Positions 39,613 to 48,915 of a stretch of DNA of 64,000 nucleotides are shown here, piece after piece; the stretch's first letter is position 1; every line of letters begins with the position of its first letter. Source of the stretch: Natronospirales bacterium (GTDB lineage Bacteria; Pseudomonadota; Gammaproteobacteria; Natronospirales; REEB76). The notes under the pieces were generated by a model that worked only from the letters and a program-made list of their open reading frames with translations, was not told where the DNA came from and made no database searches. Location: assembly GCA_021816765.1 (NCBI GenBank), contig JAKAXB010000001.1:19665-83664 (forward strand). The letters are read 5' to 3'. The position numbers and the translations under genes were made by a program.

Positions 39613-41025
39613 ATGGCCGACACGCTCCTGCTGGCACGTTCCCAGTTTGCCCTCACGGCACTGTTCCATATCCTCTGGCCGGTGCTGACCATCGGGCTGT
39701 CGCTGTTTCTGGTGGTGAACGAGACGCTGTGGATTCGCAGCCGCGATCCCGATTACTATCGGCACGCACGCTTCTGGAGCAAGCTCTTCATCCTCAATTT
39801 TGGCGTGGGCGTGGCTTCCGGCGTACCCCTGGAGTTCGAGTTCGGCACCAACTGGGCGCCGTTCTCCGCCGCCATGGGAGATTTCTTCGGTAACATCCTC
39901 GGTTTCGAAGGCGCCATGGCGTTCATGCTGGAGGCGGGCTTCCTCGGCATCATGCTGTTCGGTTGGCGACGCGTGGCGCCGAAAATTCACCTGTTCGCCA
40001 CCTGTATGGTGGCGCTCGGTGCCTCCCTGTCGGCATTCTGGATCATGGTCGCCAACAGCTGGATGCAGACGCCGGCGGGCGGTGTCATGCAGCACGGCCG
40101 TTTCGTGGTGACGAGTTACACGCAGGCCATGTTCAATCCGGCGGCGCTCTGGGGAGTGGGCCACATGTGGTTCGCCTGCCTGGAAACCAGCCTCTTGGTG
40201 ATCGGTGCGCTCTCGGCTTGGTACATCCATAAGAACCGCCACCCGGAATTTTTTCTCAAATCCCTGAAGATCGCCATTGCCGCAGCAGTGCTGGTGGCGC
40301 CGCTGCAGATATTCCTGGGCGACGGCAGCGGCCGCGTGGTGTTCGAGCAGCAGCCGGCCAAGGGCGCGGCCGTCGAGGGCCACTGGCGCACCAACCCACC
40401 AGGCACCGGGGCTCCCTGGGCGGTAGTGGCTTGGCCGGACAAAGCCCGGCAACGCAACGACTGGGCGATCACCATCCCGGGCGTGCTCAGTCTGCTCGCC
40501 ACCCACCGTCTTACCGGCCAGGTGACGGGGCTCAAGGCGTTCCCGCCCGCAGACCAGCCACCAGCGCTGCCGCTGCTGTTCTACGCTTTCCGCCTGATGG
40601 TGGCCATCGGTTTCTACGTGCTCGCGCTCATGCTGTGGAGTGTGTGGCTGTGGTATCGCGGCGAACTCACCGCAGAACGGGTCGGCCGCCACCGGCGCTG
40701 GCTCCTCGCCTGGATCGGCGCGCTGCCGCTCGGGTATCTTGCGGTGGAATCGGGCTGGATCGTGCGCGAAGTGGGCCGCCAGCCGTGGATCGTGAACGGG
40801 CTGATGCGCACCGCCGCGGGTGTATCGGCGCTGCCGCCCGGCACGGTACTCGCCTCGCTCATCGGCTACGCGCTGCTGTACACGTTACTGCTGACTGCTT
40901 TTCTGGTGTTTGCCCGGCGCACCTTGCGCAAGGGACCGGATGTCACCGCCGAGCCGCCGCCTTTGAAACCCGCGGCCCCGCTGCAGGTGAATGCCCCCGT
41001 GCCCCACGCCCTCGAGGACGACTGA
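39613..41025 (+). CDS. cydA: Cytochrome bd quinol oxidase subunit I (short Q-loop)
   Basis: LARSQFA..ALFH, FEFGTNW, ANSWMQTP, FRLMV, GWIVREVGRQPW. Confidence 0.96.
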   Translation: MADTLLLARSQFALTALFHILWPVLTIGLSLFLVVNETLWIRSRDPDYYRHARFWSKLFILNFGVGVASGVPLEFEFGTNWAPFSAAMGDFFGNILGFEGAMAFMLEAGFLGIMLFGWRRVAPKIHLFATCMVALGASLSAFWIMVANSWMQTPAGGVMQHGRFVVTSYTQAMFNPAALWGVGHMWFACLETSLLVIGALSAWYIHKNRHPEFFLKSLKIAIAAAVLVAPLQIFLGDGSGRVVFEQQPAKGAAVEGHWRTNPPGTGAPWAVVAWPDKARQRNDWAITIPGVLSLLATHRLTGQVTGLKAFPPADQPPALPLLFYAFRLMVAIGFYVLALMLWSVWLWYRGELTAERVGRHRRWLLAWIGALPLGYLAVESGWIVREVGRQPWIVNGLMRTAAGVSALPPGTVLASLIGYALLYTLLLTAFLVFARRTLRKGPDVTAEPPPLKPAAPLQVNAPVPHALEDD

Positions 41026-41026
41026 C

Positions 41027-42037
41027 ATGGAGCAGGTGATCGGGTTGCTCGCCGATATCTGGTTCGTGCTGCTGGGTGTGATTCTGGCCCTCTACGTAGT
41101 GCTGGACGGCTTCACACTCGGCGTGGGCATGCTCACGTTGTTTTCGCCCACCGAGGAACGGCGGGGTATTCTCATGGGCACCCTGGGCAGCGTGTGGGAC
41201 GCCAACGAAACCTGGCTGGTGCTGCTGGGCGGCGCACTGTTCGGTGCGTTCCCCGCCGCCTACGCGCTTCTGCTGCACGCACTCTATATCCCGGTCATCA
41301 TCATGCTGTTCGGCATGATTTTGCGGGCCGCGGCCTTCGAGTTCCGCGAACACGCCGAAGCCAAGCGTTTCTGGAATCTGGCCTTCGCGATGGCGAGTCT
41401 GGTGATCGCCCTGGCCCAGGGGGTGGCCCTCGGTACCGTGCTGCAGGGCATTCCGTCGGTGGACGGCGCGTATGTCGGCAGCGTGTTCGACTGGGCGCGG
41501 CCGTTCCCGCTGCTGGTGGCTTTGGGCGTGGTCTGTGGTTACGGGCTGCTCGGCGCGGTGTACCTCATCCTGCGCACCGAGGGCATCATCCAGACCCGGG
41601 CACGCTTCGCCGCGCGGCTGCTGGCCTGGCTTACCTTCGCCGTAGCAGTGGCAGTGACCGTGTGGACGCCGTTCATCTATCCGCAAGTGGCGACGAAATG
41701 GTTCAGCCTGCCCGGTTTCTTCCTGATCCTGCCGCTGCCGGTCGCAGGTTTCGCGGCGTTCCTGCTGTTGCTGCGTGCGCTTGCGCGCGGCCACGAGGCC
41801 GCACCTTTCGTGTGGACCGTGGTGATTTTCCTCGCCTCCTTCGGCGGGTTGGCGGTGAGTCTGCATCCTTATATAGTGCCGCCCTCGCTCACCCTCACCC
41901 AGGCTGCCGCCTCGCCGGCGACGCTCATCTTCATGCTCACCGGCATCGGCATGCTGCTGCCGGTGATGATGATCTACAACGGCTACCAGTACCTGGTGTT
42001 CCGCGGCAAAGTCACGGTGCCCGGCTATCATCATTGA
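41027..42037 (+). CDS. cydB: Cytochrome bd quinol oxidase subunit II
   Basis: YVVLDGFTLGVG, VWDANETWLV, RAAAFEFR, YLVFRGKV. Confidence 0.96.
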   Translation: MEQVIGLLADIWFVLLGVILALYVVLDGFTLGVGMLTLFSPTEERRGILMGTLGSVWDANETWLVLLGGALFGAFPAAYALLLHALYIPVIIMLFGMILRAAAFEFREHAEAKRFWNLAFAMASLVIALAQGVALGTVLQGIPSVDGAYVGSVFDWARPFPLLVALGVVCGYGLLGAVYLILRTEGIIQTRARFAARLLAWLTFAVAVAVTVWTPFIYPQVATKWFSLPGFFLILPLPVAGFAAFLLLLRALARGHEAAPFVWTVVIFLASFGGLAVSLHPYIVPPSLTLTQAAASPATLIFMLTGIGMLLPVMMIYNGYQYLVFRGKVTVPGYHH

Positions 42038-42223
42038 ACGGTGCCCCGGTAATAAACCCGGGGTGCGGTCCCTCTCACCGTTTGTTTGTGCGACGGTATC
42101 CGTCGCGATTCTTTGCGTGGTGCCCAACATCGTCTGTGGTCATGGCACCGGATGGCACGGCCACTGCCGCGTGATTCTCCGGGTAAGACCAAGCGTTATA
42201 GAAAAAAGTACTACTTTATAATA

Positions 42224-42252
42224 TTGACTTACATTATAATATTCAGCATACT
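42224..42252 (+). promoter_or_regulatory. Sigma70-type promoter of vapBC-1 with overlapping direct repeats
   Basis: TTGACT-N17-CATACT; TTATAATATT at 42216 and 42234. Confidence 0.6.
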
Positions 42253-42279
42253 TTTACAGTACGGGATACAGGAGAGAAC

Positions 42280-42510
42280 GTGGATACCTATATGACCGTC
42301 AAGGGGCAGATCGTGATTCCCTCGCGCATCCGGCGGAAACTCGGCATGAAGCAGGGAACCCGCATCCAGGTGGAGCTGGATGAGCCGGGCCAGCGGGTTA
42401 TTCTGATTCCGATCACGCGCGAATACATCCAGGGCCTGCGCGGGAAATACAAAGGCAAGGGACTGCTGAAAGCTCTCGCGGCCGAAAAGAAAAGAGAGCG
42501 GGAAATCTGA
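42280..42510 (+). CDS. AbrB/MazE-type antitoxin (VapB)
   Basis: TVKGQIVIPSRIRRKLGMKQG. Confidence 0.88.
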   Translation: MDTYMTVKGQIVIPSRIRRKLGMKQGTRIQVELDEPGQRVILIPITREYIQGLRGKYKGKGLLKALAAEKKREREI

Positions 42511-42920
42511 TGGCGCGCAAACCCAAGGCGATCGTGCTCGATTCCTGGGCCGTGCTCGCCTATCTGGAGGACGAAAAGTCAGGGCAGGACGTGGCGGAGC
42601 TTCTTTCCGAGGCCAGCGAACAAAACACTCCGGTTCTGATGTCGGTGGTCAATGCGGGCGAGGTCTGGTACATCCTGGCCCGGGAAGTGTCGGAAACGGA
42701 AGCCGATAAAGCTATCCATGAACTCAGACAGCTTGGGATTGAATTCGTGGCGGTTGAGTGGGAGTTGGTGCGCTTGGCCGGGAGCTTCAAGGCCAGATAT
42801 CGAATATCCTACGCGGATTGTTTTGCCGCAGCACTGACCCAGGCACACAAGGCGGAATTGATTACCGGCGACAAGGAATTCAAACAGGTGGAATCCGAAG
42901 TTCAGGTCCGGTGGGTGTAG
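42510..42920 (+). CDS. vapC: VapC PIN-domain toxin
   Basis: VLDSWA, NAGEVWY, SYADCFAAA, ITGDKEF. Confidence 0.9.
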   Translation: MARKPKAIVLDSWAVLAYLEDEKSGQDVAELLSEASEQNTPVLMSVVNAGEVWYILAREVSETEADKAIHELRQLGIEFVAVEWELVRLAGSFKARYRISYADCFAAALTQAHKAELITGDKEFKQVESEVQVRWV

Positions 42921-42960
42921 CGGTGGATCTGAATTTTGGTCGTTAGTGGAGAGCTCATAA

Positions 42961-44862
42961 ATGACAAAGTGGTATTTCAACAAAGTGCCAGCCGGGAGCA
43001 AGATTCGTGAGCCGGTCAACAGCGAGTTCTTTGCTACTGATGCCATAAGCAATCCTGGTGTAGCCTTGGTCAGGGAGGGTATCCAGAATTCACTGGATGC
43101 AGCCGACGATGGGAAAAACGTTCTAGTCCGTATTTATCTTTCCGGTAATGGGCGCGCGCTCGCACACGATAAGGTCGCCCCGTTCATAGATGGCATCTGG
43201 GAACATTTGTTGGCCAATGGAAATGGCCTTCGTGATGTGCCGCAGCAGGAAGAGAATTGCTCTTTTATCGTCTTTGAGGACTTTGGAACGACTGGGTTGA
43301 CAGGTGATCATAGCCAACCTTACCCGCCAAAGTATGGGGAGCGGAACCCATTCTTTTACTTTTTCAGAGCCGAAGGCAGGTCGGGCAAGGGCGAACATGA
43401 TCGTGGCCGGTGGGGGATTGGCAAACAGGTTTTTCCGCGTGCAAGCCGTATCAGCACCGTGTTTGGCCTTACGGTACGCGCAGACGATGGGCGACGCATG
43501 TTGATGGGACAGACGGTCTTGAAATCGCATTGGGTAAATGATGTTTTTTGCCAAGATGGATGGTTTGGCGATAAGAACAGTGAAATCGTTATGCCAACCG
43601 AGAGTAGGGAATTGCTTGATACATTTTGCAAGACATTTGATCTGCAAAGGGGACCAAAGGACCAAGGGTTATCACTTGTTGTGCCTTGGTACGACTCTGA
43701 AATTGATGAGAAATGGATCCTAAAAGCTGTTTTGCGGGACTATTTCTATCCAATTCTTATGGGGAAGCTCGATGTTATCGTGGAAACATCCTTAATTAAG
43801 ACCTCTTTGGATTCAAAGAACTTAAGAGCAGAGATAATGCGTTTTGAAGATATAGGAAAGGAGATGAGCCCGATTCTCGACTTGGCGCAATGGGCACAGG
43901 ATGTATCCGCTGATCAGATCGTAACATTATCGAGGCCGGCCGCAGATCGGACACTTCGGTGGGGCGCCGATTTATTTTCAAGTGATGCAACCAAGTCTTT
44001 GCAAGCTGCTTTCACAAAAGGCGAAAAGTTGGCGCTGCATATTCCAGTAACTGTTCGGCCGAAGAATGATCCATCAAGAGAATCATTCTTTCGGGTCTAT
44101 ATGGTTCGTGATGATGATAATGAAGAAGGGCATCCCGTGTTTATCCGCGAAGGAATCATAATCTCGGATGTACGCTCACCGAGAACACGCGGTGTTCGCT
44201 CATTGGTTGTTATAGAAGATGCACCGCTGGCCACTATGCTGGGTGATTCTGAAAACCCGGCCCATACACAATGGCAGAAAGATGGGTCAAATTTCAAAGG
44301 AAAATATATTTATGGTCCATCTTTCATAGAATTTGTAACACGGAGCGTTCATGAAACTATACGGCATCTCACAGAAAGCGATAAGGTGGAAGATCGCACA
44401 TTGCTTGTTGATATTTTCAGCCTTCCCGCGCTCCCCGAGGAAGATGCTATAAAGTCGAAAGATCAACATGAAGCGTCTGGACCTGGTTCTGGACCGCCAG
44501 AAGGGCCACCGATCTTGCCGCCACGCCCACGAAACATTCGTGTATCAAAGATTACTGGAGGGTTTTCAGTTACCCGTGGTGGGCCAGATTCACATCCCCC
44601 TGTATATCTAGATGTTGTCGTTGCCTATGACATAAGGCGAGGGAACGCATTCAGGAAATACAACAAAGCCGATTTTGATGTGGAACAACTTCCAATTATC
44701 ATTAAAGTATCAGGTGCCGATCTGGTTTCAAAAACGGGGAATCGGATCATGGTAGCTATCCGGGATCGCGATTTCAATCTTTCCGTTACGGGATTTGATG
44801 AGCGCCGAGATTTGCGGATTAAAGCGATAGCGCGCTCAGTGGGAGAATCGGATGGCGATTAG
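42961..44862 (+). CDS. GHKL (HATPase/MORC/sacsin-like) ATPase-domain protein
   Basis: N box LVREGIQNSLDA, G1 EDFGTTG, G2 GRWGIGK; ENPAHTQW; Pro-rich linker; beta-rich C-terminus. Confidence 0.75.
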   Translation: MTKWYFNKVPAGSKIREPVNSEFFATDAISNPGVALVREGIQNSLDAADDGKNVLVRIYLSGNGRALAHDKVAPFIDGIWEHLLANGNGLRDVPQQEENCSFIVFEDFGTTGLTGDHSQPYPPKYGERNPFFYFFRAEGRSGKGEHDRGRWGIGKQVFPRASRISTVFGLTVRADDGRRMLMGQTVLKSHWVNDVFCQDGWFGDKNSEIVMPTESRELLDTFCKTFDLQRGPKDQGLSLVVPWYDSEIDEKWILKAVLRDYFYPILMGKLDVIVETSLIKTSLDSKNLRAEIMRFEDIGKEMSPILDLAQWAQDVSADQIVTLSRPAADRTLRWGADLFSSDATKSLQAAFTKGEKLALHIPVTVRPKNDPSRESFFRVYMVRDDDNEEGHPVFIREGIIISDVRSPRTRGVRSLVVIEDAPLATMLGDSENPAHTQWQKDGSNFKGKYIYGPSFIEFVTRSVHETIRHLTESDKVEDRTLLVDIFSLPALPEEDAIKSKDQHEASGPGSGPPEGPPILPPRPRNIRVSKITGGFSVTRGGPDSHPPVYLDVVVAYDIRRGNAFRKYNKADFDVEQLPIIIKVSGADLVSKTGNRIMVAIRDRDFNLSVTGFDERRDLRIKAIARSVGESDGD

Positions 44863-45631
44863 TACATTAAACTATACGGGTCGTCTGAAACTAAAGCACC
44901 CTCACACGCGCATCTATCTTCGTGGAAGTGCGGGCAGTACCCTCGGTTTTGATGCAGTATTGAATTTTTCCAGCTACGATCTGCCGGATAATTCACGTGT
45001 GCATGTCGAGGCTTATCGACAGACAACGTGGATGCGATTTGATTTTGGTACTGTCGGGCGAATTGAATCACCATCAGATCGATTGCTTACGGCCTTTGAA
45101 TCTCAGGAAGGAATTCTGTTTCGTGTGAAAGTAACCTCAGGTGGTGATCGGCATGGCGTGCTTCTTGCGGAAGGGGATCGCATTCGAGCTTCTCTGCAAG
45201 AGGAGAATGAAACCAATAGCATTCCGTTATTACCAGTAGTACCTGATTCAGATTTGGGACAGCAAATATTCCGGGTCAGCTTTGAAGGTGATAGGGCAGC
45301 ACTTTGCATAAATCGACTGCTGAGTGACTGGCGCTCGCTCGCGCGTGATCCGCTATTCGTGTCACTGGTATATCCAGAAGCATTGCGTGCAGTGCTTGTG
45401 CGTATTCTGCGTATAGAAAAGTACTCGGATATCGAAGACACGGAAGATTGGAAATCGCAGTGGTTGCGATTTTCTACCCTTCTCCCAGGTGTTGGCGATG
45501 TTCCAAATCCGGAAGATGATGAAAGCTGCGATGATTGGATAGAATCTACGGTTGCGGCATTTGCAAGACGACATAAAACCGTGGATAGCTTCATTGCGTA
45601 TTGGAACGAGGAGGTTGGCGATGCAACTTAG
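44852..45631 (+). CDS. Hypothetical protein (island gene 2)
   Basis: 259-aa ORF overlapping the previous gene by 11 nt; low GC. Confidence 0.8.
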   Translation: MAISTLNYTGRLKLKHPHTRIYLRGSAGSTLGFDAVLNFSSYDLPDNSRVHVEAYRQTTWMRFDFGTVGRIESPSDRLLTAFESQEGILFRVKVTSGGDRHGVLLAEGDRIRASLQEENETNSIPLLPVVPDSDLGQQIFRVSFEGDRAALCINRLLSDWRSLARDPLFVSLVYPEALRAVLVRILRIEKYSDIEDTEDWKSQWLRFSTLLPGVGDVPNPEDDESCDDWIESTVAAFARRHKTVDSFIAYWNEEVGDAT

Positions 45632-46340
45632 GAGGCTGAATCAAAGTGGGCTCGGTGCATTCACGGACTTTCTTGATGTGGTAAGAACTGGCATCCGTCA
45701 AGACTACCCACAATATCTGCTGAATGATCATGCGGCTTCGGAACTTGTTGTACCTGATGTCGACATTGAAAGTAAGGTGTTCGGAACACGCTTTGAGGCG
45801 GCAAAATACTTAGCTGAAAGACTTTCTCATGCAGGAATAACGAATTTGGTCACAGATAAAGGTATATGGGCGTGGCTTACCCTGTTTTATTTTGATGAAC
45901 TTTGTCCCATTGGGAAAGATGGGAAAAGAAAACCGGGAGAGCTTGCTCGCTGGATTCCTGAGATATCAAATTTTCGCAGGTATTATAGGCACCTCTTGGC
46001 CGGACCTTACAGAATATATATGGCGCATGGGGATGCGCCCCAACGTGCCATGGCATTATTGTGCGGCCCTCTTCACAGACCTGGTGAGGTTGTTGAACAA
46101 CTGGCCGCACGACAGGAATTGGTTACGAATAGGGGTGTGATCGAATTGGCAACGATGCTCTATTATGAACAAGAGGAGCATCAGCTTAAGCGTGGCTCAT
46201 CAGGCAAGGGAGCCGGCAGCCCACGGCGACTCGCCGACGTATTCAATCAATTCGATGTAACCTGGGATTTGTACTCGATGACAACTCCGGAGCTTTTGCC
46301 AATGCTACCCAAGGAGTTCGAACGATTCCGGGCTGCTTAA
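45621..46340 (+). CDS. Hypothetical protein (island gene 3)
   Basis: GAGGAGG RBS, ATG at 45621, 11-nt overlap with gene 2; WAWLTLFYFD and RRYYRHLLAGP blocks. Confidence 0.8.
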   Translation: MQLRRLNQSGLGAFTDFLDVVRTGIRQDYPQYLLNDHAASELVVPDVDIESKVFGTRFEAAKYLAERLSHAGITNLVTDKGIWAWLTLFYFDELCPIGKDGKRKPGELARWIPEISNFRRYYRHLLAGPYRIYMAHGDAPQRAMALLCGPLHRPGEVVEQLAARQELVTNRGVIELATMLYYEQEEHQLKRGSSGKGAGSPRRLADVFNQFDVTWDLYSMTTPELLPMLPKEFERFRAA

Positions 46341-46348
46341 ATTGCAGA

Positions 46349-46783
46349 TTATTGAATGGAACGTCGTCGTTTCTTTGCTTCGTGGATAGTTTTGGTAATC
46401 CGCTGTGCAACAACCTGTGGTCTAGTTGTCTGGCATTCCCACACTACCAGAACACGCCAACCGAGTTTCTTGAGACTGCGCCTAACATTCAGGTCTCGCT
46501 CAATATTTTCAGCAAATTTCTCCTTCCAAAAACTAATACGGCTTTTTGGAAAATAGGCATATTTGCAATGCCGATGCCTATGCCAAAAACAGCCATTAAC
46601 CAGAATAACGGTTTTATATTTCGTCAGGACAATATCAGGTTTTCCAGGGAGCTTCTTACTGTGCAGGCGGAACCTGAAACCAAGCCGGTGCAATTCTGAT
46701 CGAATTAACCTTTCCGGTAGTGTATTCCGGTTTCTGATACCGGCCATCATCTCGCTTCTCCGGCTTTTGCTGACAATGTCCAT
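46349..46783 (-). CDS. vsr: Very short patch repair endonuclease
   Basis: RSEMMAGIR..NTLPE, LPGKPDIV, NGCFWHRH, GWRVLVVWEC. Confidence 0.96.
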   Translation of the reverse strand: MDIVSKSRRSEMMAGIRNRNTLPERLIRSELHRLGFRFRLHSKKLPGKPDIVLTKYKTVILVNGCFWHRHRHCKYAYFPKSRISFWKEKFAENIERDLNVRRSLKKLGWRVLVVWECQTTRPQVVAQRITKTIHEAKKRRRSIQ

Positions 46784-46785
46784 AT

Positions 46786-48384
46786 CTAAGCAAGCCCAGC
46801 CTTTTTTAGTATGCGAAAGACTATCTCTGCCAACTGTACGGCAAGTAGTGGAGGAACAGCATTTCCAACTTGGATGTACTGTGCGGTACGCCCCCCACAG
46901 AAATAATAATTATCAGGGAAAGTCTGAATCCTCGCTGCCTCACGCACAGTCAGGCTGCGACACTGAAAAGGGTCTGGATGAATGTAATAATGCCCATCCT
47001 TGGAAATATGGCTTGTAATAGTGGTCGCCGGGATATTGCCAAGTTGCACCCTGAACCGATCCGCAAAGTAACCTTTCCCCTCAAGAGCATTATCAACGCT
47101 GAAATGATCTGGAAGAAGATCAGCAGGGAAATCACGCATCATCGGAGATTTTCCGTGCGATTCAGCAAAGCAACTTGCATAAAGATATCTGAAGAGATCG
47201 CTTGTCATATGCGACCTACTACTATGATTGCATACTCCAGCAAGTCTGTGATCTAAAAACCAATCTGGGCGATAAGAAATCTTGGGCGTACATTCAATAA
47301 ATTCACCACCACGCTCTGCTCTTGGGGGGGTGATGTTGTTTATAACTTCGAGTAATTTTCCATAGATTTTACTACCGTCTTTATTCTTTGAGGCTTTAAA
47401 CCATCGGCGTTCTCTGGTCTTTTTCAAGATATGAATCCAATGATTATTGTCGTCTCTTTCTTGAGATAATCCGCTTCGTAATTTTGGAAGGCCTTGTAAC
47501 ACTCTATTCGCAGAAATGGGTGTAATACCTTTCAAGCTGCCAGGATTTATTCCCCCCAAGTCATTTCGCATACCAAGGAGTATCAGCCTATGTCGCGTTT
47601 GTGGAATCCCGTACTTCTCCATACGGACAACGAAATCTGATAGAGAATGTGTGTTACTTAATGGGGATGTTACGAATGAATAAATATTGTAACGAGCCGG
47701 CTTCATTTTTGAAATTGCTCTGGCTGAAGCCCGATGCGCTCGCGCCAAGGCTTGTGCTGGGTACTGGAGGTCGTCAAAGATACGGTCAAAGATCAGTTTG
47801 TCGTTCACAGTCGCTGATAACAAGCCTTTCACATTTTCCATTACAAATAAAGCGGGCGCGCAATCTGCAATAACCTGAAGGTACTCAATATACAAATACT
47901 GCCTGTGATCATCTTCTGGTTTATAATCAGCGTTGCCCTTGTTTCTGGATCGCCCAGCAACCGAATACGCTTGGCATGGTGGGCCCCCGATCAGCAAGAA
48001 TTCATCGGAGTCCTGTAAAGCGGAGTTGATAGCTTGTTTGATCTTATCTGGATCACTATTACCGAGTTCGGCGCATAGGGTCTTTTGCTTTGCGGATGCT
48101 GCTTCACGAGGAAATTTCAGGAACAGACTGTCAAGTCTTTTATTTTGCCGTTCTTTAAGGTTTTGTAATAACTCGTAATAGGTACCCGGGAAACGACTCC
48201 CTTGAAACTCTCGAAGAAATGTTCTGAGCAGTAGTGTTTGGTGCGCAGCGGCATCTTTTTCGATTGACAGTTTGATTTGAAATCGCTGTGAGTCGCTGGA
48301 ATCACGAAATGCAGAGAAACCTTCTCCGAGACCTCCGGGACCGGCAAAGAGATCAATGATTGGAATAATTCTGTTTTGTGGCAT
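46786..48384 (-). CDS. dcm: DNA (cytosine-5)-methyltransferase, long type
   Basis: DLFAGPGG, GGPPCQ, MENVKG, QTRHR, RSLTVREAARIQTFP, QVGNAVPP. Confidence 0.96.
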   Translation of the reverse strand: MPQNRIIPIIDLFAGPGGLGEGFSAFRDSSDSQRFQIKLSIEKDAAAHQTLLLRTFLREFQGSRFPGTYYELLQNLKERQNKRLDSLFLKFPREAASAKQKTLCAELGNSDPDKIKQAINSALQDSDEFLLIGGPPCQAYSVAGRSRNKGNADYKPEDDHRQYLYIEYLQVIADCAPALFVMENVKGLLSATVNDKLIFDRIFDDLQYPAQALARAHRASARAISKMKPARYNIYSFVTSPLSNTHSLSDFVVRMEKYGIPQTRHRLILLGMRNDLGGINPGSLKGITPISANRVLQGLPKLRSGLSQERDDNNHWIHILKKTRERRWFKASKNKDGSKIYGKLLEVINNITPPRAERGGEFIECTPKISYRPDWFLDHRLAGVCNHSSRSHMTSDLFRYLYASCFAESHGKSPMMRDFPADLLPDHFSVDNALEGKGYFADRFRVQLGNIPATTITSHISKDGHYYIHPDPFQCRSLTVREAARIQTFPDNYYFCGGRTAQYIQVGNAVPPLLAVQLAEIVFRILKKAGLA

Positions 48385-48429
48385 CGGATTGTAATTTTAA
48401 CCTATTCCTATCAATTATCAGCGGAACTG

Positions 48430-48463
48430 AAAAAGGAAACGCCGCCAAGCGGCGGCGTTTCCC
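48430..48463 (-). terminator. Terminator following the hppA 3' relic
   Basis: GGAAACGCCGCC-AAGC-GGCGGCGTTTCC preceded by an A-run (T-tail on the minus strand). Confidence 0.75.
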
Positions 48464-48484
48464 GTAAGCACGCGACGCTAACGC

Positions 48485-48605
48485 TTATTTCACCAACAAC
48501 GGGATGATCAACAGCGCCACGATATTGATGACCCTGATGAGCTGGTTGATGGCTTGACCGGCGTGTCCTGGCAGGGATCGCCCACGGTGTGCCGGTGACC
48601 GGCAA
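48485..48605 (-). pseudogene. Degenerate duplicate of the hppA 3' end
   Basis: Minus strand encodes [36 protein letters not shown] (two 1-bp gaps), versus hpp[39 protein letters not shown]. Confidence 0.9.
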
Positions 48606-48646
48606 TTTGCGGATTTCGGCAATTTATCCAGCGGTTTCCGCGGGTT

Positions 48647-48675
48647 TTGACAGGCGGGAGGCTGGACTGTAAAGT
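48647..48675 (+). promoter_or_regulatory. Sigma70-type promoter of vapBC-2
   Basis: TTGACA-N17-TAAAGT. Confidence 0.6.
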
Positions 48676-48708
48676 GTATGTCAAGTCATTGATCGATCAT
48701 GGTGCTGT

Positions 48709-48915
48709 ATGGCAACCGTTACTGTCTCGCCCAAGTACCAGGTGGTGATTCCCAGCGCGCTGCGGCGTGCACTGGGTATCCGCCCGGGGCAGAAAATCGA
48801 AGTGCTGGCCTATGAAGGCCGGATAGAGTTCGTGCCGGTGCGCCCGATGAAAGCCATGCGCGGATTCTTGCCGAGCCTGGATACCCGGGTGCCGCACGAG
48901 GATGACCGCGTGTGA
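48709..48915 (+). CDS. AbrB/MazE-type antitoxin (VapB)
   Basis: VTVSPKYQVVIPSALRRALGIRPGQ. Confidence 0.9.
   Translation: MATVTVSPKYQVVIPSALRRALGIRPGQKIEVLAYEGRIEFVPVRPMKAMRGFLPSLDTRVPHEDDRV

Noticed and set aside
42961-48384. Calling the island a canonical Mza, DISARM or type II R-M system
   Set aside because: No Z1, DUF4420, AIPR, helicase, PLD or recognisable restriction endonuclease gene in the block.
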